A DNA stretch of 64,000 bases from Eledone cirrhosa (GCA_964016885.1 OZ024743.1:342612001-342676000); one strand, 5' to 3'; positions 27,061-42,740 are shown, numbered from the stretch's first letter. Notes: generated from the sequence alone by a model not told the origin. A program made the numbers and translations.

Positions 27061-27511
27061 CTCTGTCTATCTATCTATGTCTGAGGTATCAGTATGCTGG
27101 TTTGTATGTTTATACTTAAATGTATTATATAACGGCGTGTTAATCTATGATGAAAGAATTACAGTGCCATTTGTTTTCATGGAATTACATTATCTTTTGT
27201 GATCTTTTTTAAGATGGTGGGTTCTAGTTTAAGAAATAGTTTGCTGTTATTTCTAGCAGGTGGAGCGACCTTGTATAAGGTCTCCTATTAGCTTGTATGT
27301 TCAATGATTTTTTTCTTCTTTTCTTTGTAGTGTTTGCAGATATTTGATTCTCTTTCTTAGAAAGAAATGCATTCAATTAGATTTTGAAAGTTTCAAAGGT
27401 CAGGGGATACTTTTGTCAATATAAACATTTGCACAGACACGCACATACATACACACGCACTCGCGTACACAGACACACACACAGATATCTTCCACATACA
27501 CACACATATAT

Positions 27512-27567
<56 letters not shown>

Positions 27568-27612
27568 CGTGTGTGTGTGCGTGTGTGTGTATACGTGTTT
27601 GTGTGCAAAGAA

Positions 27613-27670
<58 letters not shown>

Positions 27671-28027
27671 CAATATGGTGGTTTTCTGACAATGAAGTAA
27701 CTACCCTGCAGCCGGTTATCTATAACATTTTCAAATGCCTTCCGTATAGCCAGCACCATTTACCACCCTTCTTTTATTCCCTTGTTTCTCTACCTTTAAT
27801 TATATCCAATGCTGAATACTCGACACGTTCTGTTTAGAATGAAGCCCTAGGCGCCCTCATTTTGCGAAATGGAAACGCAATCTCCTTTTAATAAATATCT
27901 TTCTTCGGGCTTCCATAGCACAAATGGCGCAAATGTGATAATATTCAAGTTCCGTAGCGTGTGCTGTGCAGAATTTTAGTTAGTATACACAGAAGTAAAT
28001 ATGATATATTTTATATAGCATATTATA

Positions 28028-28103
<76 letters not shown>

Positions 28104-28516
28104 TATGTATGTACGTGTGTGTGTGTACGTGTGTGTCTGTGTGTGTGTGTACGTGTGTCTGTGTGTGTCTGTGTGTGTCTGTGTATGTGTCTGGGTGTGT
28201 GTGAGTTCGATTTATTGCAGGTAATTGAACACATGCTATCAGCATGGCGGTTCTCATTAGCTGAAATGACACCATCACTCTCTGGGTTGTCATAGATGCC
28301 AAATTTTAAACTGAGCCTACTAGACAATTCATCATTCTCTTCTATAACATCCGTCATCTACAATCAGGTTTATACTCCGCAGATTACCTTTTACTATAAG
28401 GCAGTAAATTAGCAGTGTCCTTAGAATGTCGAATAGAATTATCTGCGGTTTTCGTACCGGCTCTCTGAGCTCTGAATCCAAATCCAGCCGAGGTAAACTT
28501 TGTTCTCTCTCTCTCA

Positions 28517-28566
<50 letters not shown>

Positions 28567-28947
28567 CTGTCTCTCTCTCTCTCTCTCTCGAAGAAATCGT
28601 CTCTGATCAGACATGGAGACAGGATGGACAGCGCGATGTTTATAATGCCCAAAACACGCCGTATGTCACAATGGTGCGGCGTACGATTCCAACGCGAGTT
28701 ATACCAAACATATATCCATTACCTCTAATTAACATGCAAACCACACATACTATACGTCTCGAATACATCAATCTCTCAACATTTATCCATAACCATTCAT
28801 CAAATCACTCGCTTAGCTGATTCTGGTGGACTAGTGGTGAAACACATGTGCTACCAAGAATAGTAAGCATAGAACTGGTGGAATTTTGACTTATCGGCTA
28901 ATTTGAAATGATATTGGCTGTGGAACCTCGGTGCTTTATGTAATATA

Positions 28948-29032
28948 TTTGTTTCTACTTTTGGTACATTACTGGTACTTTATTTTATCGACCCCGTAAG
29001 GATGAAAGGCAAAGTTAACCTCGGCGGGATTT
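28948..29032 (-). mobile_element. SINE family S1 fragment
   Basis: CTGGTACTTTATTTTATCGACCCCGTAAGGATGAAAGGC..CCTCGGCGGGATTT. Confidence 0.8.
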
Positions 29033-29699
29033 ATGTAATATATTGTTATGTGATGACGGGTGGACTTGATAGTGGATTTAATGGCTGGACTACTCCACAA
29101 ACTCAGCCTACGCTCTTTGGTAGGTAGTGTTTGTGCATATATGGATTATACTCTGCCCTCCATACAGATCTCTTGTCTTGATATCAGGAACAAAGACTTC
29201 CAGATAATTTGACTCAAAACCCCTCTCCAACATCTCCAAATACATCTGCTTCCTCTATTGCTTTCCGAACTTTTTCAACAACCATCACTTTGAAATATCT
29301 CTTTCTGCAACGAGGACATATATCTCAAATCATCGCTCTCCGAAGATAGAATCTACAACGGCTTCAATGCTCAAAACTATTCTTGGCTCACATTCTTCAG
29401 ATACTGATTCCGCTGATGCAAAAGTCGAATTTTTCGCAATTTTCAACACTCTACATCAATTACTTTTATTCCCTACGTGAATCCCTATCCAATAAACAGA
29501 CACACCAGACACTTGTGAACTATCTCTCATATAAAGGTCCGACCTTTACTAGCCCAAAGCCATATCTACACCTGTTGAGCCATCCGACAACCGACAACTA
29601 TCTGCTTATCGTGACTACCTGTGAAAGCCCCATATTAGATAGCGCCCAACCTCGCCACCTACTCACTACAATGCACGCTACAGCATTTCAGCACATCTA

Positions 29700-30650
29700 A
29701 CTGGCAGGAGTTCCAGAGTTCCACCAATTTTAAGCTAATTATCTATTGCACCATACGTGCTTCACCATTACCCATCAGAAACATCTAGGCGTGTAAATGA
29801 AATCATCCTTTTTAAGAATGTCACTTCACATCCCATAACAATAAAAAGCTCAATACTTCAAATCTCCTCAGTGGTTCTTTCATAATTGCGATACGGCGGT
29901 TGAAGAGAAAAAACATGGCCTACAACGTATGGAGCAAATCCCGTCTCTACAAACAAGACGGCTCTTACTCAGTATTCTAACTTCTGTAAGCCCATCATCT
30001 GAACCACAAAGAATACTATCGTACATCATATAGCCCACAGGCCAGTATTGGATTTATATATGTGCTATATATGCAGCAGCACAAAGGCCTCATAGTCCAG
30101 GAAACCCCGCCCCGTTTTGAATATATATTAAATATATATCAAAATATAGCTAAGACACGACTTGTTTGTCAAAATTGAAACTATAAACTGATACTAAATA
30201 CATTTCCTTTCTTTATGGCTGTCACATTTGTTTTAGAGGTCGGCAGGGATCAATACTGGAATTTCAGCATCTTACGATATACAGATCTTTCCATTTTCAT
30301 TACGTTTCTTACATGCAGTTGCTGAGCCCCGAATTTTCTCTAGCCTAGAACTCTTAGTTGCTTTTATCCGACTTCACCACAAGTTCTCCTGCTTCTCAAA
30401 CTGTAGCCAATCCTTTCGACTTTTTGCCAAAAGAATCTTACACCACCTTTTCAAATAAATAGATGATCAATAAAAGAGATAAGAATTCATATACATTTCT
30501 ACGTTAGATAAGAAAATATCAATTGGGTTATACCAACGATATCACACACATCATCCACAGCTGTCCATATATTTACTAAATGTCAATGAAATATGACATC
30601 GTTGCCAAATCTATTTATAATATTATCCGCAAAAAATATTGCCCAAGAAG
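29700..30650 (+). mobile_element. Highly degraded R4/Dong-like remnant
   Basis: 30535-30640 encodes DITHIIHSCP...YDIVAKSIYNIIRKK, similar to the R4/Dong copies. YWIYICAIYAAA near 30045 resembles the R4/Dong N-terminal region. Confidence 0.45.
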
Positions 30651-30659
30651 AAAAGCTGG

Positions 30660-31202
30660 TCTACATCATTGGATGCAAACGAAGTCGCAGGTTTTATATC
30701 AGAGTGACCTTCTCCTAGAGAGATGTCTTCATGAATACTAGGAATTTCTCGCTCTAAACAAAAAAAAATCTTTATTGGATTGCCGTTTACTCTCCTGAGT
30801 TCCTCCGACCTTTGGCGGGTTTGATTTTACACCCCACAGGGAGTCCAAAATCACACTCCTTACCAAGCAAGCTTGGTGGGGTTGCCGGTTTAGTCACTGA
30901 CGACCCAACCATGCACAAGATGTACTGGGTTACATGTTGCCAGTAGCACTGAAGAGCGACCTGATATACATACATGATGATAGCTGTCCCCTCGTTATCG
31001 AGTATGGCTATTGCACGATATACCATTATTAATAATTATTAATTAATTCTATCGCGCAATGCCAATGCGTGAAGATATTTTTTAAAGTGAGGAAAGACTG
31101 TGCACTGAGCCAATCCCACTCTCTGAGCGACAGTAGCTATAACCCGAAAAGAAGAAAAGATCAACATCATCGGTAACTACTGGCCCGCAGGTTTTATATC
31201 TG
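30660..31202 (-). mobile_element. Two adjacent bipartite RTE-derived element pieces
   Basis: 30660-30962 matches the 5' block (9000-9270, 36610-36803). 30972-31202 matches 36186-36410. Confidence 0.75.
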
Positions 31203-32396
31203 CATTTTATAGAAGCCATGCTGTGAAAGGAAAAGGTGCAAACACACTTTCCACAATTTCCTCCTTACACAGAAACACATTTGACAATTTTCAGAGACTC
31301 AGGTGTGTATCCTATAGGTAGTAGTTCCGTTGTTTTGCCGTAGCTTTGTTTACTGCAGATGTATCTGAGAATAATGATGTCATCTTCATATATTGGGGAG
31401 CACTTGTGGATAACCTTATGTTGGTAGTTTGAATTTATATGGATGTATATTGGTGGGTTGTTTGTTTATTCAATTATCTTTTAATTCCTGTTGAAATCCA
31501 CTGATGAAGAGAATGGACATCAATAAGATCGTACCCAATTGCGAATCACATATCCAACTACCTTACTAATCATTGACTACATATAACAACCAACTGGTTA
31601 TATCTGCCAAAGAGAATAGACACCATTCACAACACTGGCGAACATCGATTCCTTAAGGTGTCGTTATTGACGACTCTACAAATCACCTCATTCAACATGC
31701 CACCAGCCGTATGAAATTTAAATTCAATTTTCAAGACACATCAGCAAGTATGTTTAAATGCCGTCAGCATTATGAAATCGTAAGATATGAGAAAATAATT
31801 TGGTTTAGTGACACACTATTATAAAAGGTTCTACACACTTTTAACACCGTACCGTTGTACTTAGCGCCTTTCGCACGATAACACAAACAAATGTTATATA
31901 TATATATATACAGCTCAGGGATTGTAACTTCAAGTTACCGTTGATTCACCAAAGTGAACACTCCATGCGTAGTCTCCAGTATGTATTTTGGTGGGTTGTA
32001 CTAAGCAGAGTGTAATATAAATATGAACGAGGTGTCAAATTTTCTGTTAGCTTAATTAAGCTAACAGAACATTTTATGAGATTTTATTTCAAAGTCGGAC
32101 CCGATCGATAGAGATCGAACATTGAGCGAATCGCGCATCACACCTGAATAAACTTAATGGAAAGTTGGCACTTCAGCCATACTTATCAATTATATATATA
32201 TATATATATCGAGAGAGAGAGGGGGGTGGGGGTGGGGGTGGGGTAAGTAAAAGATGTATATTTATACATATAGGCACACATATTCATATTTATATATAAG
32301 CAGGTATATGATATATACATACATGCATATATATCTGTGTGTGTGTGCGTATGCGTGTGTGATTGTTTAAATATGTAGAGAGATAAGTATATAGAA

Positions 32397-32462
<66 letters not shown>

Positions 32463-32579
32463 GCTAGTGACATTTTACTTAAGATTATTTCTGTTAGAAT
32501 TAAACTCGTAGGTGATTGGAAATAAAACAGAATGATACTATTCTTAACGTAAAGATTGTTATTCAGAAAACTACAGAGT

Positions 32580-33240
32580 GTGATAAAGAATAATTTATTG
32601 CTTTTATTGACTATCAAAAAGCTTTTGGCATAGTTATTCATGAAACATTATAGTCAGTGATGAGAGAAATGGGATTTCTTTAACATTTTATAGAAGTATT
32701 AAAATCACTTTCTTTTCGGTAATAAGCAACTGACATAACGAATGGTTTGGGATAAACAGGTGGGGGATGATAATGATGTATCCGTTTTCCTCTCTTTAAT
32801 ATTTATGCATGGAATGTAACACGGAAAGCTCAAGACAATTTCAGGGATGTCGATGTTACGGTCCTTATTGATGGTAACTTAAACGAATTGAAGATTTGGA
32901 TAAGAGAAGTGAAGAATATCATTTATAAATTCTCGTTGACAAAACTGATTTGACGATTATCGAACGAAAATATGATAAAAATAATCCAATAATAATTGAT
33001 AATCAAAATCGTCAGAATATTGTATTAGCTTTTGCTATTGTGGAGGTATAATTCCAAATCAATGTAATGATAGCAACGACATGAAAAATGATGCTCATCG
33101 CTGGAAAATCCCATAAATGAGATAAGAGAAAAGCCTACAAACAGCTGGATTAACAACATAATGAAGAAAACTCGATTAAAGATGCAACACTTAATAAGAG
33201 TGGCAAAGGTTAGAGATTAATGAATAAATTTTGAACAAGC
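32580..33240 (+). pseudogene. Degraded RTE-type reverse transcriptase fragment
   Basis: FIAFIDYQKAFGIVIHETL*SVMREMGF and LFNIYA..V.RKA resemble RTE RT motifs. Many lesions. Confidence 0.55.
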
Positions 33241-35359
33241 AGCCTACACTCCGATAGCTGACCGTTGTATACATACATATATATATATCGGCTTCCTAAA
33301 TGTTTCCTGTAAACATACCGTGTTTCTTTAGAAATACGAGATCTCTATACATATCCGTATAAAATTGTGCTTGAAGCGAAATCCTATTTCTATTATATAT
33401 AGAGAGAACGGTGGAGTTTATATAGTTTCTTTAAACTGATTTCTTTTTCTCACACCTCGAATTTCACACCAGTGCGATTTTCGAGTGCAAACTGGTTTTA
33501 TATGAATTGCTGTTCATCCTTGTTTCTATAACTATCCTTGTTATTAACTTCTTTCTAATGCTATTATAATGCGTTGGATATGGTTGCCGTTTCATATAAT
33601 AATTCATTGTTTCTTCTATTTTCCGTGGCTTGTTTTTTCTTCCGAAAGTGTATATCTCTATATCGTTTCCCATTAGTCAATTCGCTATGCGTTTCGGCTC
33701 TGCTTGTCGACTGGGTAATCGCTTTTTGTTTTATTAAGCTACGTCCTGTTTTCCTAGTGGTGATTATTTGTTTCTCAAAAAATATTTCATATCAGAGGTC
33801 ACTAAATATTTTTTTTTATTGGGGGTGGGGGTGCTATTTGGTTTTATTATACTCTGCAGAGATTTTTCATGTTATATCTGATTGTCTAAACCGTAATTCT
33901 TTTTCGTGGGTTCATTTGTTTTGTAATTCCGTTGATGTTGACATTGTTCTACCTCCCCAGCTGTTACTGTTTTGTCATAGGATATTTATTCTGTTTGGAT
34001 TTCAGACCAATTTTTAAAATGAATTTATTCTGTTAAATCGGTGCTATAGAGCGTGGCAATGGATAATTCTCATCAAAACCTTGTGACCCATGAAGATCTT
34101 TACACAGATTTCCTGTCGATAGATTTAACTTCACATAATACTGTTATCACACATGGTCAACTTCAACGAACATTTATTTGAAATCTATTTTAGCTCCGTC
34201 TAATTATGAATAAATGCAGTAACCTCAAATATAGTGAGAGAATAAATATAATGTATTTTTTTATATTTTATACAGCTTCTTTTGTTTCAAATTCATAATG
34301 ATTCATACACGTTCTCAAAATAGAAAAAAATCTTAAATTGAAAATTCATCTTGGCGCGAAAATACTTGGATTTCACAGGTTTCCATAAACATCATGACGG
34401 CTCAAAATTATAGATAAAAACCATACAAAATAGCCCAAAAATTCAGTATCACCGACTACTGATAATAATTCAGAGATTAAAAAATTCGTGATACAACTGA
34501 AAGTCTGTTCACAAAGACCGCAGGCAACAAATCTAAATTCTTCTAATACTTTGGTCGAAGCTGTTCAACCTCAACCAAAATGTATTCGAAACTTATTTAA
34601 ACTCAGTCTTAATCTGCAGTTTCTTGAAAAAGAATTTTGGCTCGAAATATCGAAGGAGCTAATGTTTATATTGGTATGGCTTCCTCTATTCATAATTCAA
34701 ATTCACAATACTTCACTTATTTTCTCAAAAAAAATATATGTATGTGTAGGTGTGTATGTGTGCGCGCGCGTGTATATGTGTGTGCATGTGTGTACTAATT
34801 TACGGACTTCTATAGAGTTTCCGTCTATCAAATTTAACTCACAGACAATTGATCCTCTGCATCTAGAAGTCACTTACTTTAGGTGCCAGGTAATGTAATA
34901 GCACCTAGAACGATGTGGCTGCGTTAATTTAGCTTTTTAGTCACATAACCTCGTCTACATCTATATGGAATATGTATAATCACATATATTACACTGGCTA
35001 TGGTGACAGCTGTTTCTCTAGTTGTCTCTTTCAGATTTCAATGAGACAGGCCTCATAACATCACCCTATAATGACTCTATTCTATGTTCTGTTCCTTTAA
35101 ACGAGTTTCAACAGTAAAGAGAAAGAGAAAGACATATATAAAGAGAGGAGGGTTAGATATAGAGTGAAGCAAGAGAAATGAAAGGGAGGTAATTTCATAG
35201 TTAATAAGGGATGTAGATAGATATAGTCAGTAAAAATTAAAGTGCGATAGCTGTTGAAGAGCCCACATGAAAAAGAGAAGACAAATATAAAGTTTAACTG
35301 TAGAAGAGGGTGTCCATATGGAAGTCAGTAGGGAATATCGGAGGTCAATTGGTAGAATC

Positions 35360-35700
35360 CATGTTATTTAGTCTTGTTGTTTTTTAATCTTGTGAGGCTG
35401 GAGTTTTTGAGTTCTTGGATATATGTTTGTCTGTGTGTGGAGAGGGAGGCACCTATTGAAGAAATCTGATGGACATGCTTGGGAGAGGAGGGAAGAGTTG
35501 GGGAAGAGGTTGAGAGTGAAGAGATCGGACTGGAGGAGTGAAACGCCAGCACGAAGGGCTGATATGTGAATGGAAGGTGGAGGGGATTGGGATGGTTGTA
35601 GACATGATTAGAGGGTGGTAGTACGGTCGACTAGAGGGGCGCAGGTGAACACGCTTTATACAAGGACGTGTGGATACCCACGTTGAAAATTTTGCCAACT
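35360..35700 (-). mobile_element. Degraded PLE thumb/linker fragment
   Basis: Minus-strand FQRGYP followed by IPIPSTFHSHI and LFPPLP resemble the PLE RGYP...P.V.T(Y/F)HP linker. Confidence 0.4.
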
Positions 35701-35769
35701 ATGTTTGAGGACATACATACATACATATATACATTATATACACACATACATACATGCATATAAACTATA

Positions 35770-36090
35770 TTACTGGCACTCCGTCGGTTACGACGACGAG
35801 TGTTCCAGTTAATCCAATCAACGGAACAACCTGCTCGTGGAATTAACGCGAAAGTGGCTGAGCATTCCACAAACGCACGTACTCTTAACATAGTTCTCTG
35901 GGAGATTCAGCGTAACAACGAACATGACAAGGCTGGTCTTCGAATTACAGGTACAACTCATATTTGCCAGCTGAGTGGACTGGAGCAACGTGAAATAAAT
36001 TGTTTTGCTCAAGGACACAACGCGACGCCTGGAATCGAACTCACGGCCTTACGGTTGCGAGCCGAATACCTTAACAACAAAGCCATGCAC
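35770..36090 (-). mobile_element. Full-length tRNA-derived SINE (family S2)
   Basis: Minus: tRNA-like head (TGGCTTTGTTG A box, GTTCGATTCC B box), TTGTGTCCTTGAGCAA..ATTTCACGTTGCTCCAGTCCACTCAGCTG core, tail CGTAACCGACGGAGTGCCA. Confidence 0.85.
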
Positions 36091-36185
36091 ATACATACAT
36101 ACATACATACATACATACATACATACATACATACATACATACATACATACATACATACATACATACATACATACATACATACATA

Positions 36186-36536
36186 CATGATGGCTGCCCC
36201 GTCGTTATCGAGTATGGCCATTGCACGATATACCATTATTAATAATTAATAATTAATTCTATCGTGCAATGCCTGTGCGTGAAGATATTTTTTAAAGTGA
36301 GGAAAGACTGTGCACTGAGCCAATCCCACTCTCTGAGCGACAGTAGCTATAACCCGAAAAGAAGAAAAGATCAACATTATCGGTAACTACTGAGCCGCAG
36401 GTTTTATATCAGAGTTATCCCAGTTTCCTGAGTTGCCTTCTAGAAGAATGCCCTGAGAAAGGCTAGGGGTCCTTCATTCCCAGTGGTTTAACCGCGCGAT
36501 AGGGTAGCCAGCCCAACTATTTCTATGTCCCCGCGC
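36186..36536 (-). mobile_element. Short bipartite RTE-derived element
   Basis: Highly similar to 6704-7014 and 30972-31202. RTE-like 3' end followed by (TATG)n. Confidence 0.8.
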
Positions 36537-36609
36537 ATATACACACACATGCACCCATGTATATACACATATACATACATATGTACATGCGTATATACAT
36601 ATTTACACA

Positions 36610-36803
36610 CTTTTGGATGGCCGCTGACTCTTATGATTTCTTCCGCCCTTTGTCAGGTTTTGGTTTTGTCCTGCAGGGTGTCCAAAATTACCCTCCTCAC
36701 CAAGTAAACTTGGTGGGGGTTGCCGGTTTAGTCGCCGACCACCCGACCATGCGACAGGTTGTACTGGGTTACATGTTACCAGTAGCACTCAATAGTGACC
36801 CGA
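36610..36803 (-). mobile_element. 5' block of the RTE-derived element family
   Basis: Matches 9080-9265 and 30775-30962. Confidence 0.75.
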
Positions 36804-37027
36804 AATACATACGTACGTACGTACACACACACATACCTACATACATACATACATACATACATACATACATACATACATACATACATACATACATACATAA
36901 ACCTATACATACATATATACATACATACATACATACATACACAAACCTATACATACATACATACATACAAACATACATAAACCTATACATACATATATAC
37001 ATACATACATAAACTTATACATACATA

Positions 37028-40000
37028 TTGTTGTTTTTTAATCTTGTGAGGCTGGAGTTTTTCAGTTCTTGGATATATGAAACAACTATGCCTGTAAGAA
37101 ACAACTATGCCTGTAAGAAACTTGACACCACCTGTACAATCTAAGTCTACCTCGAATGCTGGGGAAAACACTATCGATAATAATAATAATCGAAGAAATA
37201 ATAATAATAATCGAAGAAATAATAATAATAATCGAATAAATGTGACACCACGTATACCATCCGAGTCTACCTCGACTGTTGTGGAAAATACTATCGATAA
37301 TGATAATCAAAAGTATAAACAATTGAAAATTTCCCTCAACGAAATCTTCCAGAGAGAAATTAACTCATGTATAAATATCTCTCTTGCTGAACGTGTTAAA
37401 ATGACAATGGTGAATAAAAAACCAAATAATGAAATACTATGTGTTATTGACAAAATAGGGGATGAATATTTACGAGGGATAAAAACCCCAACATTTTGGG
37501 GAAATCAACGCCTGTTTATATGCCTTAGCAATGACAGTGAAGCATTATCTTGGTGATAGCAGAGATATTAACAAGAACAAAACACCACCAAAAATATCCT
37601 CATATATAACTAAAATAGAAAAAAAAGAGTGCTGACCTACGAAAAAACATAGGACATGTGACAATGCTCCTTACATACAAACAAACACAAAAAAACCTCA
37701 CTCCTCACCAACAAAGAGTGAAAAGTAAAATAGAGACGATGTTTGGTAACAGTAGAACCAGAACTCTCCAATATAAACTGATCACCCTCAAACAAGAATT
37801 GAGAGCTGTTAGCGAAAAACGCCGATACCTGAAGATGGTAGATGAGAGAAAAATGCTTAATAAAAGATTCAGACGAAACCAAACATCAGTCTATAGAGAT
37901 ATGAAGGGCAAAATAATAAGTGTCACTGAGGCCCCATCCCAGAAAGACATAGATTCCTTTTGGAGAAAAATATGGGGTGAAAAGAAGAATTTCAACCAAG
38001 ATGCAGTGTGACTAAGAGAAATCCGAAAGAACTATTACTCCTACACTACAACAAAAACATACGAAATAAGTGAGGGTACCCTTGAGACTGTGATAGGAAA
38101 ACTCCAAGATAAGAAAACACCAGGAAGAGACATGATTGTCGGCTACTGGTACAATCGGAGGTACTATCGGAGGTATCTTACTGACCTCTACCAACAAGTT
38201 CTTAAGGTAGATACACTTATACCAGAATGGTTGACATTAGCACAAACGTTACTGGTCCCCAAGAACAAAAACACGCACTTGGCAAAAAATACCGACCCAT
38301 TGCATGCCAGAACCTAATGTATAAGATGTATACAGCCTGCCTGAACCTATTCCTCAAAGATCACTGTGAAAAAAATAACATCATCACAGAAGAACAAGCA
38401 GCTGGAAAGAAAAGGGTTTAGGATGTGCTGAACAACTCCTAATCAACAAAACTGCGATGTCGGAGGTGCCACAACTTCGATTCTGTTCCCCACTCTTGGA
38501 TGATAGAGGCCCTCCAACTTGCTAAAGTCCCAGACATTATTGTCAGAGCCATAGAAAGGCTGTCTTCTTCTTGGGCTACTATCCTAAGGTTAAAGACAGA
38601 GAGGGAGGACTCTATTTTCACTGATAAAATAAAATATTGCAGGGCTATATTTCAGGGGGACAGTCTCTCTGTGATATTGCTCATCTTGTCATTAAACCCC
38701 TTGTTCTTTCTGCTCAAGAAATGTGAGGGATACATCATTGGCTCACAGGAGGACAAAAATACGAACCTAACCCATAACATCTTTGTGGACGATCTGAAAC
38801 TCTATGCCAAGATCATGGATGGGATGAAGAAAAATCTTGACCTGGTTACAACATTCTCAAAGGATATAGGAATGGAGTTTGGCCAAGATAAATGCTCATA
38901 CGTGACTGTAAAGCGGGGAAAAACAACAACCCAATCTAGCAACATTGTCATCAATGGTCTAATTGTTTCACCGATATCTGATGAGGACTGCTACAGATAC
39001 CTGGGGATAGATGATAACATATCCTATAATGGTATCTGTAATAAGAAACGTGTAACTAGGGAATACTACACCCGATTAAGAAAGATATAGTCATCGGAAC
39101 TCTCTGGGCAAAACAAAACAGTGACTCACAATGTGTTTGCTGTGCCTGTCCTAACACCAACGTTTGGAATACTCAATTGGACGATAGACGAAATCCGAGC
39201 AGTTGATGTTGGAACTCGAAAAATACTGAACAACACCGGAAACTTCCACATCAACAGTGACATAGACCGCCTTTACTTGAAACGTAAGCAGGGAGGCAGA
39301 GGCCTAACATTAGTCCAGACAACATTTGAATGTCGCATCATATCTCTCCGACAACATCTACGAACCTCGAAGCGTAGGAGCCCGCTTCTCGAGCAAGTCT
39401 ATCTGCATGAAACAGATAAGATCATGAGAGTTGGTAAGAAACTCCTTGAAAGATATTCCCTGTGTGATAATCAAAAACTCACACCCAGGGATGTCGCTCA
39501 GCAGTATCGCAGTGAATCCATGGATCAAAAACTGCATGCCTATCAACAAAAAATCATGCATGGATGTGTTGCCAGGAAGCTCCAGAGTGAGAGTAATATA
39601 GATAAGCAAAGTAGTCTAACTAGGACCAACAACCGCTATATTGGCTCCCACATTGAAGGATACGCTTTTGCAATCAAAGAACAGGAGATTAGCACGAAAT
39701 ACCTGATTCACAAAAGAGATAGGGATGTAGGCAAAACACCTAGATGTGATAACAAGTGCAGACTCTGCAGAACTAACATCGAGGATATCACCCATGTCAT
39801 CAGCAGCTGTCCAAAGATGTCATAGCGGTACTATCTACCTATGAGGCATGATGTAGTGGCCAAAACACTGTACAATGCAGTTCGTAAAAAGGATAGCCCC
39901 GATAATAAACACATTAAAAGCTACAACAATGTGGAAGACATCCATGTACATAAAATGAAAGAGTACTGGTGAAATGTTCCAGTAAAAACCCCAATAAAAT

Positions 40001-40577
40001 GCAGGCATAACAGACCAGATATTATGATATGGGACAGGGAGAAGAAAACATGCACAGTAGTGGAAATTAGATGCCCAGCAGATGCCAATATAATATCAAA
40101 GATTAGTGAAAAGGAGAATATTTATGCAGAACTGATGAGAAATCTGCAGATACTCCACCCTAATTACACCTTCAGATTTATGCCTGTGATTGTTGGGGCA
40201 CTGGGATATGTTAGTAACTGCCTCAATACAAATCTTGAGAAGCTAGGCTTCACATGAACAGAAAGAACACAACTAGTTAGGAAACTACAAGTACAATCCA
40301 TTAATGGAACAGTAAAAATATGTAAAACATTCCAAAAATTGTGCATCTAATAACTGCATATACACATGTACAGATACAAAGCATATACACATGCACACAT
40401 ACAACTCAAAACATACACATCCACACATACAATAACATCCATATCTACACATGCATGCATACATACATATCTACCTAGTTGATGTTGTGTAAATTCCAAT
40501 GAGAGAGTCTTGTGTCTATGTTAGAAACCGACTCTCTCTCTATTGGTAAAACTTTGTGAAATTATAAAACCATGAGA
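37028..40577 (+). mobile_element. Near full-length R4/Dong-like RLE non-LTR retrotransposon (pseudogenised single ORF, about 37107-40350)
   Basis: Consecutive ORF pieces give KTPGRDMI, YRPIACQN..YK, FDSVPHSW, IFQGDSLS, FVDDLKLY, YRYLG, RLYLKRKQGGRGL, CRLC..EDITHVISSC, RHD, RPDI..E..CP, PVIVGALG. Flanked by (CATA)n on both sides. Confidence 0.93.
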
Positions 40578-41436
40578 ACATACATACATACAAATATACA
40601 TAAACCTATACATACATATATACATACATACATAAACTTATACATACATACACCTATTCATTTATATTATTTCAAAACTTCCGCCTCGTATAATACAAAT
40701 ATAGTATATATGTTACTGTCGTTGTTATTGTTTTGTCATACACACGTATATAAGAATATATGTATAGTATTAGATGTGTTTATATTCTAACTAATCAGTC
40801 TCATAAATTTATAATTTCTATCATGCATAGGACATTAATTCAATATTTATTTTGTGAATACGTGTTACTAATTACTATTACACACTTGTATTATCATATT
40901 ATCTCGGGTTTTCAATATAATTATTTTTCGTTTAATATTGTTTATTTTCATTGTCCGTCTTTCTATTATCTTTTTAGTATAGTTTTCAGAAAATACAAAA
41001 GGAAGATAATTTAACACGTGAATGATAATTTTATGGAGCGTTATTCCACGTCCAAATTTATTTTCGTTGAAGGGGATGTTATAGAATAGTAGGCCTATAA
41101 TGTTTTGCTTTCATTTGCTTTTTCTGTCTGGAATTATGTTCTTTATGTGCATTTACTCAAGATTATTTCTTCATGCGCGTTTGTTCAGGCGTAACATTTG
41201 CTAAATTTCTACTTCAAATTCTCGGACTTCTCGTGACATGAATCAATAATCTTTTATTGGATTTCCAATTGCTTCACTTCTATATGAACAAATTATTTGG
41301 TATGTTTCTACATAGACATGCATGCACGCGCGGACATACGCACACACGCACACACGCACGCTGCTCATATGGACACGCACTTCCATCCATCTATTCATAC
41401 ATATATGCATAAAAATGTGTGTGTGTATGTGTGTGC

Positions 41437-42345
<909 letters not shown>

Positions 42346-42364
42346 ATACAAATATCTATGTATG

Positions 42365-42400
<36 letters not shown>

Positions 42401-42401
42401 C

Positions 42402-42494
<93 letters not shown>

Positions 42495-42620
42495 GTTTGT
42501 ATGTGTTGTTTGTGTAAATGTATATGTGGTAGTATTTATGTGCATATACAAATATATTTAACTATATATACATATACACATATATACAAACATACAAACA
42601 AACATATGCGTATATATATG

Positions 42621-42740
42621 AAGGCGTGTGGCTGAGTGGTTAGAGAATTGGATTCGCAATCGTAAGGTTGTGAGTTCGATTCCTGGACCAGGCGATGCGT
42701 TATGTCCTTGAGCAAGACACTTTATTTCACGTTGCTCCTT
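42621..42740 (+). mobile_element. tRNA-derived SINE family S2 head
   Basis: TGGCTGAGTGG A box, GTTCGATTCC B box, TGTCCTTGAGCAAGACACTTTATTTCACGTTGCTCC. Confidence 0.85.

Noticed and set aside
28810-29790. Loose inverted similarity between 28812-28890 and 29715-29790
   Set aside because: Too diverged to define an element by eye. Probably old repeat fragments.
33574-34898. 147-aa and 136-aa ORFs
   Set aside because: No recognisable motifs, and the composition is that of AT-rich non-coding or antisense decayed TE sequence.
42621-42690. tRNA gene (also 63178-63245 and 36025-36090)
   Set aside because: A and B boxes are present, but no proper acceptor stem was found and the sequence continues into a SINE core. 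These are SINE heads.
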